Below are positions 1 through 13,323 of a DNA stretch of 64,000 nt, piece by piece. This DNA comes from Tubulanus polymorphus (taxonomy: Eukaryota; Animalia; Nemertea), in contig NC_134028.1 of assembly GCF_964204645.1 (NCBI RefSeq), positions 14,577,653 to 14,641,652 on the forward strand, written 5' to 3'. The position numbers and the translations under genes were made by a program. The notes under the pieces are model-generated. The model worked only from the letters and a program-made list of their open reading frames with translations. It ran no database searches and was not told the origin of the DNA. Within the stretch, counting starts at the first letter, position 1; every line of letters starts with the position of its first letter.

Positions 1-361
1 ATCTATACTACAGTAAACACCACTTTCTTGGCAATAGCTTCAAAATCGATACTCCACCGGAGAAAAGGCATTTCCTATCTGAAACAACCTAGTGGTACCA
101 GCACGTGCAGTAGTGATAGAACGGACATTGAATTTCCCTCGGATCGCACATTGAACAATTCAAGTCTCAATGGACTCACTGTTCATCAACAACTTGTTGG
201 CAATCAAACTGTTGTGCGTTTTCAAAAATATCGAGAAGCAGGTCGATTTTGATGTAATCACATATGTTTCATTCAGCCACCTATCTTCACTTCAAATCCA
301 GAAAATAAACAGCATGGTTCAATGTTTAATTTGGTTTGATCATAGAATTTGTTGTATGAGT

Positions 362-2146
362 TACCTTAAAAACCGGCGTATAAGTCGAGTTTTTAACCCT
401 TGATTTTACCACTAAATTATTGACCTCGACTTATACACCGAGTACAGTTTTCTACAAAGTATTTTCAGGTCACAAGAAATATTGATTCTACCAGACAAAA
501 AAGACAGTGTTCATCTTCTCACTGCTATAACAGTTTCAATAATTATTCATGATAAATAAAGCTATTTAATGAAAAAAACTTCTTTCATTTTGACACAGCT
601 TCATTTAAAACGATGTATTCATATATGTGCGCTCATAGCAGCGCTTAATACATTAGGCTATATATAGGCTGTATATAGAGTGTGACTCACACTACTGCAT
701 CACTGTATGGTAGCGGTGTTGTCATATCGCGGAAAGACGGAATCGCGGAATTTTCCAAAAACGCGGAATTTTTTCATTTTTACTATAAATAGTAAACGGG
801 TTTTCCCACGGGGATACCCACTGTCGGACAGGGCACCGGACCCAGGTTTTCAACATCGGGAATTAGTATTTGATAATTTATTATATCGCCAGTCAACAAC
901 TTAACGATACTGTTACAAATAATGGAGAACCTAGGCAATACCATAGAATGGCAATACGTGCTTTGCGAATTCAGTGATACAGAGTATCGCTGCATTAACT
1001 GAAGGAATACAAATCGATGGTACGTAAACGTAGGATTTGTGATGAATGACACCATGGGTCATTCTCCAGGACTCAGTTCCGAGTTAAGATTTGACTCTGG
1101 TCTCTGGATTTAAAACATTGGAAATGAATTGATTCTAAGTAACTCAGAGTTAACTCACAAAACTGTGGAACTGGATCGATGTCAGATGAAAATAAATATA
1201 CATTATGTATATTTCATTCTGGCTTAGGATTGTTCATGCGTGTTGTGTGTCTACATTGTTGTTAAAAGCGAATGTGGTTTATCTTTTAGAATTAAATGAT
1301 ATGAAAGATTATAAAATGGTTTCGTTTTTTTTAATGTTTACTTTGTGACTGCTATAACACATCTGTTCCTATGCTGATTATTTGGATCAAAAGAATCTTA
1401 TTGGTAGCGGTACTGGACGGCCGTATAATTATAATAATTTCAAAGGAATTTGAACCGGAACTTGTTTGGTCGTAGGATTTCATGTTTGCAACCATCTACA
1501 ACTACAGTCCGACACCGCGAACGTGCTCAATATTTATCTGATAATATTCGTTTCTGAAGTTCTCAAAAAGTCGATGAACTTCGATAACGAAGTTTGCCTA
1601 GTAGAAATAGACATTACGTGGCTGGTCTCTTTCACCCCACTTGATTCTGACTTCTTCTACAGGTGGCAGCCAGTCAACGGTATCGTAATATAATAATTCC
1701 ATATAAAATTGCCTGCAAATAATGGGATTCGAACCTAACTCGTTGCATTGATCGGTCCGGTGCCCTGTCCGACAGTGGGTATCCCCGTGGGAAAACCCGT
1801 TTACTATTTAAAGTAAAAATGAAGAAATTCCGCGTTTTTGGAAAATTCCGCAATTCCGTCTTTCTGCGATATGACAACACCGGTATGGTAGTGTATTATA
1901 CCTGAGTGTGAGTGTAACAGTCTATTGATTAACACACAGCAGCAATCAGGCTGACGCGCAGTGGTGTGCGTGAAGGCACACATCGTTATCAAAACAAACT
2001 ATTCAATACAATGATACTAGTAATTATTCTTCTAAAGGAAGGGACTCGACTTATAAGCCGGATATATGTTAAAATCATGAAATGTAGGTCTAAAAATCGA
2101 CCTCGACTTATAAGCTGCGTAGACTTATACGCCGGTTTTTACGGTA
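362..2146. mobile_element. Non-autonomous Tc1/mariner (pogo/Tigger-like) MITE containing a nested element
   Basis: Terminal inverted repeats TACC(T/G)TAAAAACCGGCGTATAAGTC at 362 and GACTTATACGCCGGTTTTTACGGTA ending 2146, TA at both ends, subterminal CTCGACTTATA repeats. Confidence 0.8.
714..1882. mobile_element. Non-autonomous TIR element with 9-bp TSD (Mutator/MULE-like)
   Basis: ~130-bp TIRs (714-~842 and ~1754-1882, start CGGTGTTGTCATATCGC). Perfect 9-bp direct repeat GTATGGTAG at 705-713 and 1883-1891. Confidence 0.85.
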
Positions 2147-2175
2147 GTTAAAATGTCCAAGCTTATTCAATCTTT

Positions 2176-3346
2176 CAGTGCTGCCAAGTGTCCCCATTAA
2201 AGCGGAATCGTTACGCCTTGGTATAGAAAAATATGATGTTCCGACTTGTGCTTTAAAAATAGGATTTTCGAATAAAAATATCCCAATTTCACGATTTTTC
2301 TTGTCATTTTTATGATTTTGATGAATGACTCTTAATTGTTTGTATTTCAATCATAAAAATCTGTTTAAAAACATTGCAAGAACCGATCATCGATAAAGTT
2401 TCTCAGAAGTTTCAAGTGACTCCGCAAGGCTGTGCCACCAGCTGACTTGATATGCTCCCATGACTGGCAAGTGGGTGAATAAGAACATTACAACTGGCAG
2501 CCTCTACAGGTTGTAAGTGACTTGCCTCCGAAGAGGACTCCGGACAGCCAAGTAAGAAGAAGAAAAGAATGCAACAGTTTAAACTATCATATTCGTCAGC
2601 CTTCCCTGGCGTCACTATGAGCCAAAAAGGAACACATTTCGTTTTGTGCACTGTTTGCTGCTGTGAGTTTAGTGTCGGCTGGGGAGGAATTTGGGATCTG
2701 AAGAACACCGCTGTTCTTCTACAAACACGTGCGTAGAGACAAGTATGAATAAACTGATTTCGGCATTTTTCAAAATACCATAAAGTTTTGATGGCATGAC
2801 CAAAGTGGAAGTCCTATTTACCATTTTTCTTGTAAAACATAATTTCCTGTTAGCTGCTGCTGACCATGCTGGCCCACTATTTCGCGAGATGTTCCCTGGC
2901 CCTAGCATATAAACAATATTTGATAGGGTTAGTCAGCAAAACAGGGAAAACTTGACGAGAAAACGTTTTTTGTTGCGCTGAATGACATGTTCTGGCGGAA
3001 ATGCGCTTTACCCGTCGATTTGAGTGTTTTTGCACATCGTCATTTTTCCAATACAGGGAAAATTTGAAGAGAGATGCAATAAATACTGAAGTCTCTACAG
3101 AGAAGTAGATAGATGTTGGCAGTTCATAGCTGTATTTTCTTAAAAGTTTTTCATTAAAAAGTGTTGCACATTCCATCAAGTTAATTGTTATTGCGGAATA
3201 AAAAAGTTTTCTACTTAAGTTTTACTTGTTGTTAATTCTATTTGATCACGTATAAGTGTTATTTCAATGTTACTCCTTGAACCACTGAAAATATGAAAAA
3301 AGTTAAAGGCGTCCTGAATTTGAAAATGATAAGGTTGGCAGCACTG
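2176..3346 (+). mobile_element. Internally deleted hAT-like DNA transposon relic
   Basis: 12-bp TIRs CAGTGCTGCCAA...TTGGCAGCACTG. The + strand at ~2570-2710 reads SQKGTHFVLCTVCCCEFSVGWGGIWDLK, resembling the N-terminal BED-type zinc finger of hAT transposases. No 8-bp TSD retained. Confidence 0.6.
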
Positions 3347-3614
3347 TACTTTGATAACAAGTAACCTTTAAGTCCTAATAGCAAAGTCAGTCTTGTTGAT
3401 TTTTTTAAATTTTAAAACAGGTCCTTAAGTAAAATTGCTGAAATATTTTATATCGTTACATTGATAACTGTTTGTAATGACAAATAATGTGTTATAATCA
3501 GGACTTTATGTATTGTTTATTTTTCATTAAGAGATTTTTTATTGCAATATTTTTGGAATGTTTTCAATAAAGTTTGAATAAGTTGGACAACCATTTTTCG
3601 CCTTCTCCGGGAAG

Positions 3615-3930
3615 ATTTTGCTGTGGCTTTTATTCATCTACTTTTAAGAGGTATTCACTGATGTGCAGTTGTAACTGGGGTGGTTGGATAGAGCATCAAA
3701 CATAAACCTCAATAGGAATTACCAGTGAAAAGTTTTAGCTCATGTGGATCTTTGAGAAAATAAGCCCAGAAACAAGCATATTTTAAAATTAAGACAGTAT
3801 TGAATTCTAAATTACATTTCAGCACAAGTGGTGACATATAATATTTGTCATACATGTAAATGTTATTGATACGTCGGAAAAAAATTGATCCAGCCTGCCC
3901 GGCGAGGCGGAACTTGTTCTTTTTCCCAAA
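3615..3930 (+). repeat. Dispersed repeat, partner copy at ~28588-28905
   Basis: Colinear similarity (TTTTGCTGTGGCT..TATTCATCT; GGTGGTTGGATAGAGC.TCAAACATAAACCTCAA; TTGATCCAGCCTGCCCGGC). Confidence 0.75.
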
Positions 3931-4256
3931 CTAAAACCAAAAACAAGCAGTGAAAGTAAAAAACCTGTACTCCTGTTTTTGAAAGTTCATAACCATTCAC
4001 AGATGTAATGATATACTATAGCTGTATTTTCATACAGGGAGATAAAACAAATCCGTACTTTGAAAAGAACAGATGAAGAACTGTAGTTTTAATGGAGCGT
4101 CTGTACTTCCGTATTTAGCTCTAAGTCATATGATATGTATCAATGAATTATCCAGAAGTGCGTGAAAATGAGCATGTAGGGATGTTCAATACATTTGCAT
4201 TATGAAAAATGCTTTGTGTAAAAGATTTAGAATATCTGAATCAGGTGCCTCTGACA

Positions 4257-4969
4257 TCAATCAAGGCTACATACTAACATGACTAGGACTGGTGATAATA
4301 ATTGATTGATGACAGATATAGCCAAAAAACGATAATTCGTGTATGTACAAATCTCTTTGTATATTTGGATGTTAACTAGTTGACCATGCAAAGCAGTTAG
4401 TTTGACGGACTGCTGCTCCTGTGACAGCACACTAAATTGTTCAGGTGCAGTGTTAAGGATCTTTTCAATTTGATTGCCAGATACTTTAACCCATAGTTCT
4501 TGCATATTGTTACTGAAGGCATTATTTTCCAGCAATTTAACTGACAGTGCGAAATAAATTTTGCTTTTTGATTGAAGGCCACATTTACGACATGACATCG
4601 GATTCCCTATAATATTGAGCTTGGTTCGACATTTACTGCACCCTATATAAGTAGCTGTATTTGCTGTAGTTGAAATTAGGCAATCTGTGTTGTAGGTTGT
4701 TAAAGTACAATCTTTTTTAATGTCATTAAATTCATCAATTTGTTTGTTGTCAATGGACACATTAGATAAAGCCGTTTCCTTCGTCGGTGATAATACAGGG
4801 TTGAACGTTATAATGGAACTGGTGTTGGTTGGAATGAATTTTATTTCCTTAACGAAATTCTGCTAGCTTTGCAAATGAAACATTTATTATGTCGCCCTCT
4901 TCAGCATTGGAATTTTTTGCGAAACCTTCCCAGATACCTTACTAGTTTCATAGTGTGGTCGGTGTAATC

Positions 4970-5053
<84 letters not shown>

Positions 5054-5379
5054 TATATACTATATATATATTACGAAATGTCATATTTTTGTGAGGTGCA
5101 ACATCAGTGTCATCGAATTTAAATATTTTAGCAGCTACATTAACTGCTTACCTCTGCGGATGTAACAGTTTTGATGTTAGTGGTTGCTATGTCCATTAGC
5201 AGTGGGTGATCCATTTCCTCATACATGGTGTTGAGTTGGAAATCTAACTCGACGTCATCCTTGTTGTATCTTGGGTTCGGTTTGTGGTAGGAAACGTCTT
5301 TAATTGTATAGGTTTTCTCAATTAATAAGATGATAGCCTTCTGGTCAGCTTCCCCAAAGGCTACAGCTCGTCCGTTCAT
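4257..5379 (-). pseudogene. Decayed RPA1/RPA70-like ssDNA-binding protein (three OB folds, C-terminal zinc ribbon)
   Basis: ORF 5140-5379 RAVAFGE..KTYTIKD...KPNPRYN...ELDF resembles RPA70 DBD-A. The broken middle part reads VNVAAKI / VDYTDHTMKLV..WEGFA..EGDII, like DBD-B. ORF 4257-4760 YIGCSKCRTKL..CRKCG..YFALSVKL resembles DBD-C. Interrupted by frameshifts and a (TA)n. Confidence 0.65.
4973..5070. repeat. (TA)n microsatellite
   Basis: Near-perfect TA run seen directly. Confidence 0.98.
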
Positions 5380-5380
5380 T

Positions 5381-6442
5381 TGTCCGTCCGTTCGTCCGTC
5401 CGTAAACGGAATCCAGTTATTTAGGGAAGTTTTGAAGACGCTTTAAGGTGATGTCTTGATATTTGGTTTATACATGTATCTACCCTAGACACATCTTCAG
5501 CCCAAAAACTGGCCCTGTCAGATTCAAGATGGCCGACTGGCAGCCATTGTTGTTTGCCAAAATCAGCACTTTCTACACATTTTCGAAGTTTTCAGGGGAA
5601 ATTTTGAAGACGCTTTATCAGTTACCTTGATCTTTCGTTTATATATGAATCTACCAAGGGCCCATCAGCATAAAAATTGGGTCGATCTGACTCAAGATGG
5701 CTGTCCTATGACCTTTTTAGTGCCCAAAAATGTCGATTTTGGCCAGAATTCTATGTCCTGTAGCTTCCTACTGGTTTGCCGTTTCTCATTGCAATTTGTG
5801 ATGGGTATTCTTTGGAAAAGGATGTTTTATTCCTGAGACAGGTATTTTTGATCAGCCAATTATGACGCAATTGGCGGCCATCTTGGTGTCATCAGTACTC
5901 ATTCGTAGGTGGGAAAAAGTTTTTCAACATTATATTGATACCTAAGCATATTTTGTTGCCACAATGAATTAGAAAAGTGTAGCTTATAACGTGTTCTATG
6001 ATTTTGATGAGTTTCAAGGTCATTGGTTTTTGTTTATGGCCACCAGGGGGCATTGAATAATACAGTAACTAAGTATTTCTATATTATATTTATATCTATG
6101 CATATTTTGTTACCACTATCAATTGCAAAGTTGAAGCTCATGACATCTTCCACATTTTGGTGAGTTTTAAGGACAAAGGTTATTGTATATGGTCACCAGG
6201 GGGCGTTGAATAGTAGAATAACTTAGTATTTTCTTATTAGATTGGTACCTAGGCATATTTTGTTACCATGATCAATTGCAAAGTTGTATTTCATTGTAGC
6301 TGCTGACATGTTCTATGATTTTGGTGGGTGTCAAGGTAATTGGTTTTTGTATATGGTCACTAGGGGGCGTTATTGAAATTGTTAGATTGTTGAGCATTTG
6401 AAACCACTTCCCAAGTGGGCATGGTGTCCCTGGACCCCTAGT
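5381..6442 (-). mobile_element. HINE/DINE-1-like (Helentron-associated) non-autonomous repeat, left copy
   Basis: On the - strand: head ACTAGGGGTCCAGGGAC, ~3 internal tandem units of ~150 bp (GGTCACCAGGGGGC motif at ~6040, 6192, 6355) and a (GGAC)n microsatellite near the 3' end. It is an inverted copy of 6655-7139 plus 14624-15176. The family label is inferred from architecture. Confidence 0.6.
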
Positions 6443-7139
6443 TCATATATTGGTTGAAACGTGACTGTCATGTTTGATATTGCTGCTTGAAATCAAATCA
6501 GTATCTACCTTTTGGGGTCTACCTATGCATGAGGTAGACTAATGTGGTAATATGTCAGAGGCTTATGCCATATTAGACCAGTGATTGAAAATCACAAAAT
6601 CACAAAGAAATGTCAATGTAATGTATTTTTACTAGATCGATACTTTTTATGCATAACTAGGGGTCCAGGGACGCCATGCCCACTGGGGAAGTGGTTTCAA
6701 ATGTTCAACAATCTAACAATTTCAATATTCAATGCACCGTGGTGACTATATACAAAACCAATGACCTTGAAACTTACCACAATCATAGAACATGTCGGCA
6801 GCTACGATTTAGTAATTGATTGTGATAATAAAATATGCCTCCTTACCAATTTAATATGGAAATACTAAGTTATTCTACTATTCAACGCCCCCTGGTGACC
6901 ATATGCAAAACCCAATGACCTTGAAACCCACAACAATCATAGAACATGTCATGAGCTACAACTTTGCAATTGATTGTGGTAACAAAATATGCATAGGTAC
7001 AAATATGATATAGAAATACTAAGATATTGTATTATTCAATGCCCCCTGGTGGCCACATACAAAAACCAATGACCTTGAAACTCACCAATATCATAGAACA
7101 TGTTATAAGCTAAAACTTTCTAATTCATTGTGGTAACAA

Positions 7140-7524
7140 TGTGACGGGGCTTTCTTGTAAATCCTCTATATGCCTCGTCCGTCCGGAGGTCCACTCCATC
7201 GACCAACATTAAACAACAACGAAAGACCAGCGGGAACAGTGTAAATCACATCAACATATATTTCACAGAGTGGTTGCCTGGAAGGCGACCGCCAACAAAC
7301 TAACCAATAAATATTACACATGATAAATAATTAAGTCAGAATCATCCAAAGCTTTCTTACCTGCGGGAACAGTGTAAATCACATCAACATATATTTCACA
7401 GAGTGGTTGCCTGGAAGGCGACCGCCAACAAACTAACACTGTTCCCGCCAAAACTTCAAACTATATACAGACCATGAAGGTGGCAGCACCGAACGGAGGC
7501 TATCAATTATACCGCCGAATAACA
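7140..7524 (-). repeat. 3' LTR of the Gypsy element
   Basis: TGTGACGGGG...GAATAACA, near-identical to 14231-14623, adjacent to the PPT (AAGGGAGGG on -, 7525-7533). Confidence 0.95.
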
Positions 7525-8091
7525 CCCTCCCTTAACGTCAAGAATTTTCGTCCCCGAAATAAGTGACATAAACAGGATGTCGTTTCAGCAATCTAACATT
7601 TTTAAAAAAAATCCCTACCTTCCAGACGGTCGGACGGAACGCAGCGAAAAATCATTCAGAACAAAGCACAGATTACCGACCAAGAACTACAAGCTCTTAA
7701 TTGATAGTGACTTAATAGAATTTACATAAACAAAATCCAAACCACTCCCACAGTCATTTATAATACTAATCTAAGAATTTCACTTCAATCTTTTACACCA
7801 AGTTTGACATACAGACGTGTAACTTCCATCACACACATAAATTAATATATATATTGAAAGACCCGGCATATATACCACCCTTCCAAAGAAAATCTGTCCC
7901 CAGATCGAGATAAATAAACACATAAGAAGCGATGTAGCTTCAAAGAATTTGTTGTATTTCACGACTTCATCTTATAGACATCACATAGGCTAAATGAAGA
8001 GAAAAGAAAAAAACCCAAAATGAATTAAAACGCACAACACAAAATAATGGATATACATGTTTCAATAACCCGGACATGACATACAAAATAC

Positions 8092-11000
8092 TTATTCACA
8101 TAGTTTCAAGACCGCTGCCAACAGAGTCGGATTTCCGCTTATCCAAGCATCCTTGCTTGCCAATAACAAAGTATCCAGCTTCTGTTGCCATGAAGGACCT
8201 ACCGTTAAAGCGCCAACCTGATAGTCAGCAAACCGTTCAGGCATACGTCTTACTCTTGTAGGACGATCGGCAAGGGCTGGACGCACGGAAATATCTGGTG
8301 ATTGCACCTCATTAGATGGATCGACCTCTAGCCTAATCTCATCAAAAGGTAGCCTAATCTCATCAAAAGGCACGTCCGCAACAAGAGACGCATCAACACC
8401 TAGCGGACTGACGTTGGGCCTAGTCTCATCAGGAGAAACGCTCTCAACGGGGGGGGCGATTCAACAACAGAATGACTTTCCGGACTCACGTCCGATGCGA
8501 CTACAGATAAAGTAGATTCGTCGTCGGGGGCGTCCACTGTTAATGAACGAGGGATACCAGACAATTCCTCATTAAGAGGAAAAGTCCCCTTAGAAGCTCC
8601 CCGATCGAACAAGATAAACTCATCGGTCCCATCACAACTCGTGCTGACCGACTCCGCAGGCTCAACAAAACTAGTCTTGTCTCTCCTTATCCCGGGACCA
8701 TGTTTTCCAACTTCAACAACCTCAGAGCTACGATTTGGACGCAGAGTAACTGAAAGGAACAACAGCAAGTTGCGATGAAGCATCCTCGTCTTACCAGACA
8801 CAGTGTCTCTAACCACGTAGACGGGTATATCCGTATTAGGCTGGGATACAATCACATATGGATTTTCTTCCCACTTGTCCCCGAGTTTATTGCGTCCCTT
8901 AATGCCTACACGATTCACCAAAACGAAGTCACCCACAGAGAGCGAAACACCACGAACCCTGGAATTATAGTTTTTCTTTGAATTCTCGGCTGACTCCGCT
9001 GACTTTACTTTGGCCTGAGCCCATAAAGAATTAAACTCCTCCTGAAGAGTAGCTGTATACTGCCGAGAAGGCTTGCTTAATCGTCTACAGGCAGAATCGG
9101 ACTCCTGCCAAACATTAAGCGATAAGGCGAAAAAACCAGTGGACTCGTGAGGCGTACAATTGTACATAAACAGAACCGAAGACAAATGATCTTTCCATGC
9201 AATTTTCTTTGCAGGTTCCAAAAGACCCAAACGTTGATTAAAGTTGAATTAAAGCGCTCACAAGCACCGCGTAGTGCGCGATTTCTCGATGCCGAAAATC
9301 GAACATAATTCCTTTATGAGACCGCTTTCAAAGTTCGCACCTTGATCAGAGTAAATCCTCTTAGGGATTCCAAACTTTGAAATGAAAGAATCAAATAGAA
9401 CACGGGCCGTTGTTCGTGTAGTCTGGTTCCGTGTCGCAACAGCTAAAGCATACTTAGTGAAATGGTCAGTGATAACTAAAACATTCTCAAAACCACCTGT
9501 GCATTTGTCTAAAGTTAAGAAATCAAGACACACCACCTCCAAAGGCTCAGACGTGGTGATAGGAACTAAAGTTGCCTGTTGTAAAGGAGTAGGAGCTTTA
9601 TGGATAACACAACGCGAACAACTTCTAATGTATCGGTCAATATCTGAAAACATCCCCGGCCAGAAAAATCTCTCACGAATCATACCCAGCGTTTTATCGC
9701 GACCCTGATGACCTAGGTCATCATGCAACATCTTGCAAACAAAAGAGATCTCAGCAGACAGTGAAACAACTTTTAAAATTTCGGATTCGTCCTCGACAAC
9801 TCGACGACATAATAAACCATCGCTCATAGCGTAGTTATATTTCTGCCATTTCCGATCCAACCGAGAAAACGGCACGTAACGACCAACTGACTTGATCTGC
9901 TTGACAATACAATGGATATCCGGTTCAGCTTCTTGAGCCGCCATGAGATCACGCCAAGGAAAACCCAGGCCGTTCACGGGTTGATCAAGTTTGTCATCAA
10001 CAAAGTGCACTGGTGTAGCTACCGCTGAATGACACAGAGCATCCACCGCTAATGGTGAAACGTGAACTTGTCGACTCAATGCGTCCGCATCAATGTTGCA
10101 CTTTCCGGACAAATACTCAAGCGACAAATTGCAAATGGACAGAGCATGGAGCCACCTCTGACTCATAGCGTCCAATTTCGCCAAAGAAAGAACATATGTT
10201 AATGGGTTACTGTCGGTCTTAGCGACGCACTCGTTGCCGTACAAATAATCATAGAACACCTCACTGACAGCCCACTTGAGAGCGAGGAATTCAAGTTTAT
10301 GTATAGGATACTTTCGCTCGGCATCTTTTAAACAGCGACTAGCGAAAGCGATCGGTCTCAGATTTCCGTCCTGGCGTTGGTACAAACACGCACCAAGCCC
10401 GTTAAGAGAAGCGTCCGTATGAAGCTCAAACGGAAGTTTATAATCAGCGTAAGCCAAAACCGGAGGCTCAGAAAGTACTGACTTTAGTTGGTCAAAAGCT
10501 TTAGACATTTAGGCAACCCCTTCAAAAGATCATTTAGAGGTTTTGCAATAGTTGAAAAACCCTTCACGAAGCGACGATAATACAAGGCAAATCCTAAGAA
10601 GCTACGGAGTTCCGCAACAGTCGAGGGAACAACCCAGTCTCGGATAGCCTGAGTTTTCTTGGGGTCGGATTCAATACCAGCCACTGACACGATGTGTCCC
10701 AGGTACAAAATTTTTTCGCGAAAAAAAGTACACTTTGAGGGCTTTAACTTGAGCCCGGCCTGTTGAAGCTTCCTAAACACGTCAGACAGACGCACGATAT
10801 GCTCATCAATGGTGTCACTAAAAACAATTATATCGTCAATATAAACAAGACATTCCTGGAGATTTAATTCGCCTAAACAATTCTCCATTAGACGTTGGAA
10901 CGTGGTTGGTGCTCCCGTTAACCCAAAAGGCATTACATTGTATTCAAAAAATCCGAACCCCGGACCAACAGTAAAAGCTGTACATTCACGATGCTCTGGT

Positions 11001-12150
11001 GCCATGCTTACTTGCCGTTAACCGCTCTTGAGGTCAAGGCATGAAAAGTAAGTGGAACCAGCTAGTGCACCCAGCTGCTCGTCAATCCTAGGGAGGCTAT
11101 ACCTGTCAGGAATGGTTCTCTTGTTCAACTCACGGTAGTCTATACAGAACCTAAGTTCTCCAGTTTTCTTCCGAACAAGAACTATAGGAGACGCAAACGC
11201 ACTGTTGGACGGGCGTATCACACCTGCTTCCAACATCATGCGCAGATGTTCCCTGACTTCATTAACCATCGCTGGAGGAATCTTCCGATACCTCTGATGA
11301 ACAGGAGTAGGATCAGACATGTTAATCCTGTGTTATATTAAACTCGTATGTCCCATGTCGAGATCACTCATTGCGAAAATAGATCGCCACATCCACAGCA
11401 GATCTTCGAGTTTCGATTTAGCCTCAGGTATTACGCCATCCATTTGGAACAGTTTTATAAAATCCTCGCGCGACAAAGATGCGTGCCAAGGTTTTTGAGG
11501 AGCAACATTATCGTTAGAGACTTCCGAAGGAGGAGGAGGAGGAGTAGGAGTATCAAGATCCGGCGTAGCATCACCGATGCCCGAAGGACTAATCTCCTCC
11601 GATACAAACCTGCGCCCCGCCACGAAATCGACAGGTACGGCACAAGCAATAATCACTCTGGCCTGAATCGACACATCACGGCGGGATGGGTTTCGCACCC
11701 GTACTACCTTGCGATTGCATACCACGGAACAGGCTTCCTGCGCTGTAGGTACTACATACAGGCTGCTGGGAATCTGACTACCTTCGGAAGTGATCATATA
11801 TAACCCTTCCGGCCCTTTAATCCGAGCCAACCCATGTATGGTAATTTCAGCCCCGGCTGGCACAGAGATTGCCTTAGTCAATTTAACCGATTCGGAAATG
11901 TTGTTACAACATATAGCGTCCGCTGCAGCCCAGGCCGGCGACAAGGTCGAAAAATCCTTGACCCGGTCCAGCACATTGGTGCCAATCAAAGCAGGTACCT
12001 TCTCATGGTAGTCGGTACTATCAACAACAAGCATAGGGATTTCCATTTCCAAATCAGCTGCTTGCAACCGAGCAACGACATAACCGGAATATGGCAAGAC
12101 CGCAGCACCCGCGGTCGTTACCTCAAGAAAATCAGCTACTGGCTGCACAG
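8092..12150 (-). pseudogene. Gypsy pol (partial protease, RT, RNase H, integrase), broken by stops and frameshifts
   Basis: RT motifs ASPIVLVRKK, RFCIDYRELN, MPFGL, YIDD. RNase H motifs LHTDAS and KLEFLAL. Integrase H..LGH/C..C zinc motif, LDFL, SDQGANFES, and a GPY/F-like KWEENPY. Confidence 0.95.
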
Positions 12151-13323
12151 GGACTTCGGGTTTTTTTGGAGGCACCACAGACTTGAAATCTCTCCGTTCC
12201 GTTTCCCCTTCAATCTTACTAGCCTCTGTTACGATCTCGTAATAGGTCGCGTTGGAATGAAAGAGAAAGCGTTGGAAAGAATGAAAGTGTTCCCATGCGC
12301 ACCATCTCATTACGGAGACCACGCCAAAACTGACCACGTAGTGTCTCGGAACCGACAGCGCCTGCTCCTGGCAGACCACGGACACGAGAAGCTACATCCT
12401 CAAGCCTACAAGACCACTGAGCCACTGACTCATCCGCCTTCTGCGACATCATATAAAACTGGGCTAAGCCTTCCTCTAACGAAAAGACCACAATTAAACA
12501 GAACAGCCACAGCATCCCCTCTGAGGAATCTGCGCATGGCTTGAAGAATTGAATCCTGACCATAACTTTCGTCTCGTAGCAGCGCTTGAACCTCAAGCTT
12601 CCACTGCCTAAAGGTACGGTCTCCTTTGGAGACACTCTCGCCAGAAAAAGTACCTAACCTGGGCGCTTGAATGGCGAAAGTTTTCTCGACCCGTTGTGGC
12701 TGTAAATTAAAAGACAAACCGGGAAGCGGCTGCTTAACTGGAGTAGAACTTCGAAGGTTACAAGGTTGGGAGGACTTTCCCCTGCTAATCAGCTCATAAA
12801 CTAGACGCTGCTGGTCGTCTTTGTCCAATTATCCAAAAGCTTTATAAACCGTGTTAAAAGTCACGTCATTTTAAAAATCAGGTTTATTTTCATTTTCCTC
12901 AACCGTCACCTGACGTAGTTCCCCATCTTCTACCCCATTAAAGACACGAAAAAGAAACTTTTCTTGTTCTCTTTTTGCAAAAGCCGCACACATAGCTCCC
13001 CCCTGCTCAAGGTTGGTACTTTGCGCTTGCGAATTGAAAAATGCCATCGCTTGGCTCGCCACGCATCCGGAAGGAAAAAGCACATAAAACCCCTCTACCG
13101 CTGAGCCGTGTACAGCTACCACGGGGAAACTCTGGAAGGCTACTCTTATATCATTGGCCGTATAATGAGACCCTATCCCCGAAATAATAACTACCTTCGC
13201 GTGAAATGCCATTTTCAAGTACTGCATAAGCAACAACACCACGTAAATAATACAGGTACGTAACATACAACCAAAACTACCTGTGTCTAGTACCCAGAGC
13301 AATTCAACATAATATTCATCCAC
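12150..13323 (-). pseudogene. Gypsy gag (PNMA-like), frameshifted
   Basis: PRLGTFSG...FRQWKLEV...ILQAMRRFLRGDA and FYMMSQKADESVAQWSCRLE match PNMA/Gypsy capsid-type gag motifs. Confidence 0.8.

Noticed and set aside
707-1880. Duplicated short ORFs at 707-904 (+) and 1674-1880 (-)
   Set aside because: They are translations of the two TIRs of one element.
7230-7450. Repeat-spacer-repeat pattern suggestive of a CRISPR array
   Set aside because: Only two ~73-bp units, duplicated in both LTRs. The context is eukaryotic and there are no cas genes.
8329-8370. 21-bp tandem duplication in the Gypsy pol tail
   Set aside because: A simple local duplication in a low-constraint region.
11348-12544. Long + strand ORFs (151 and 236 aa)
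   Set aside because: Antisense shadows of Gypsy gag/pol with no recognisable motifs.
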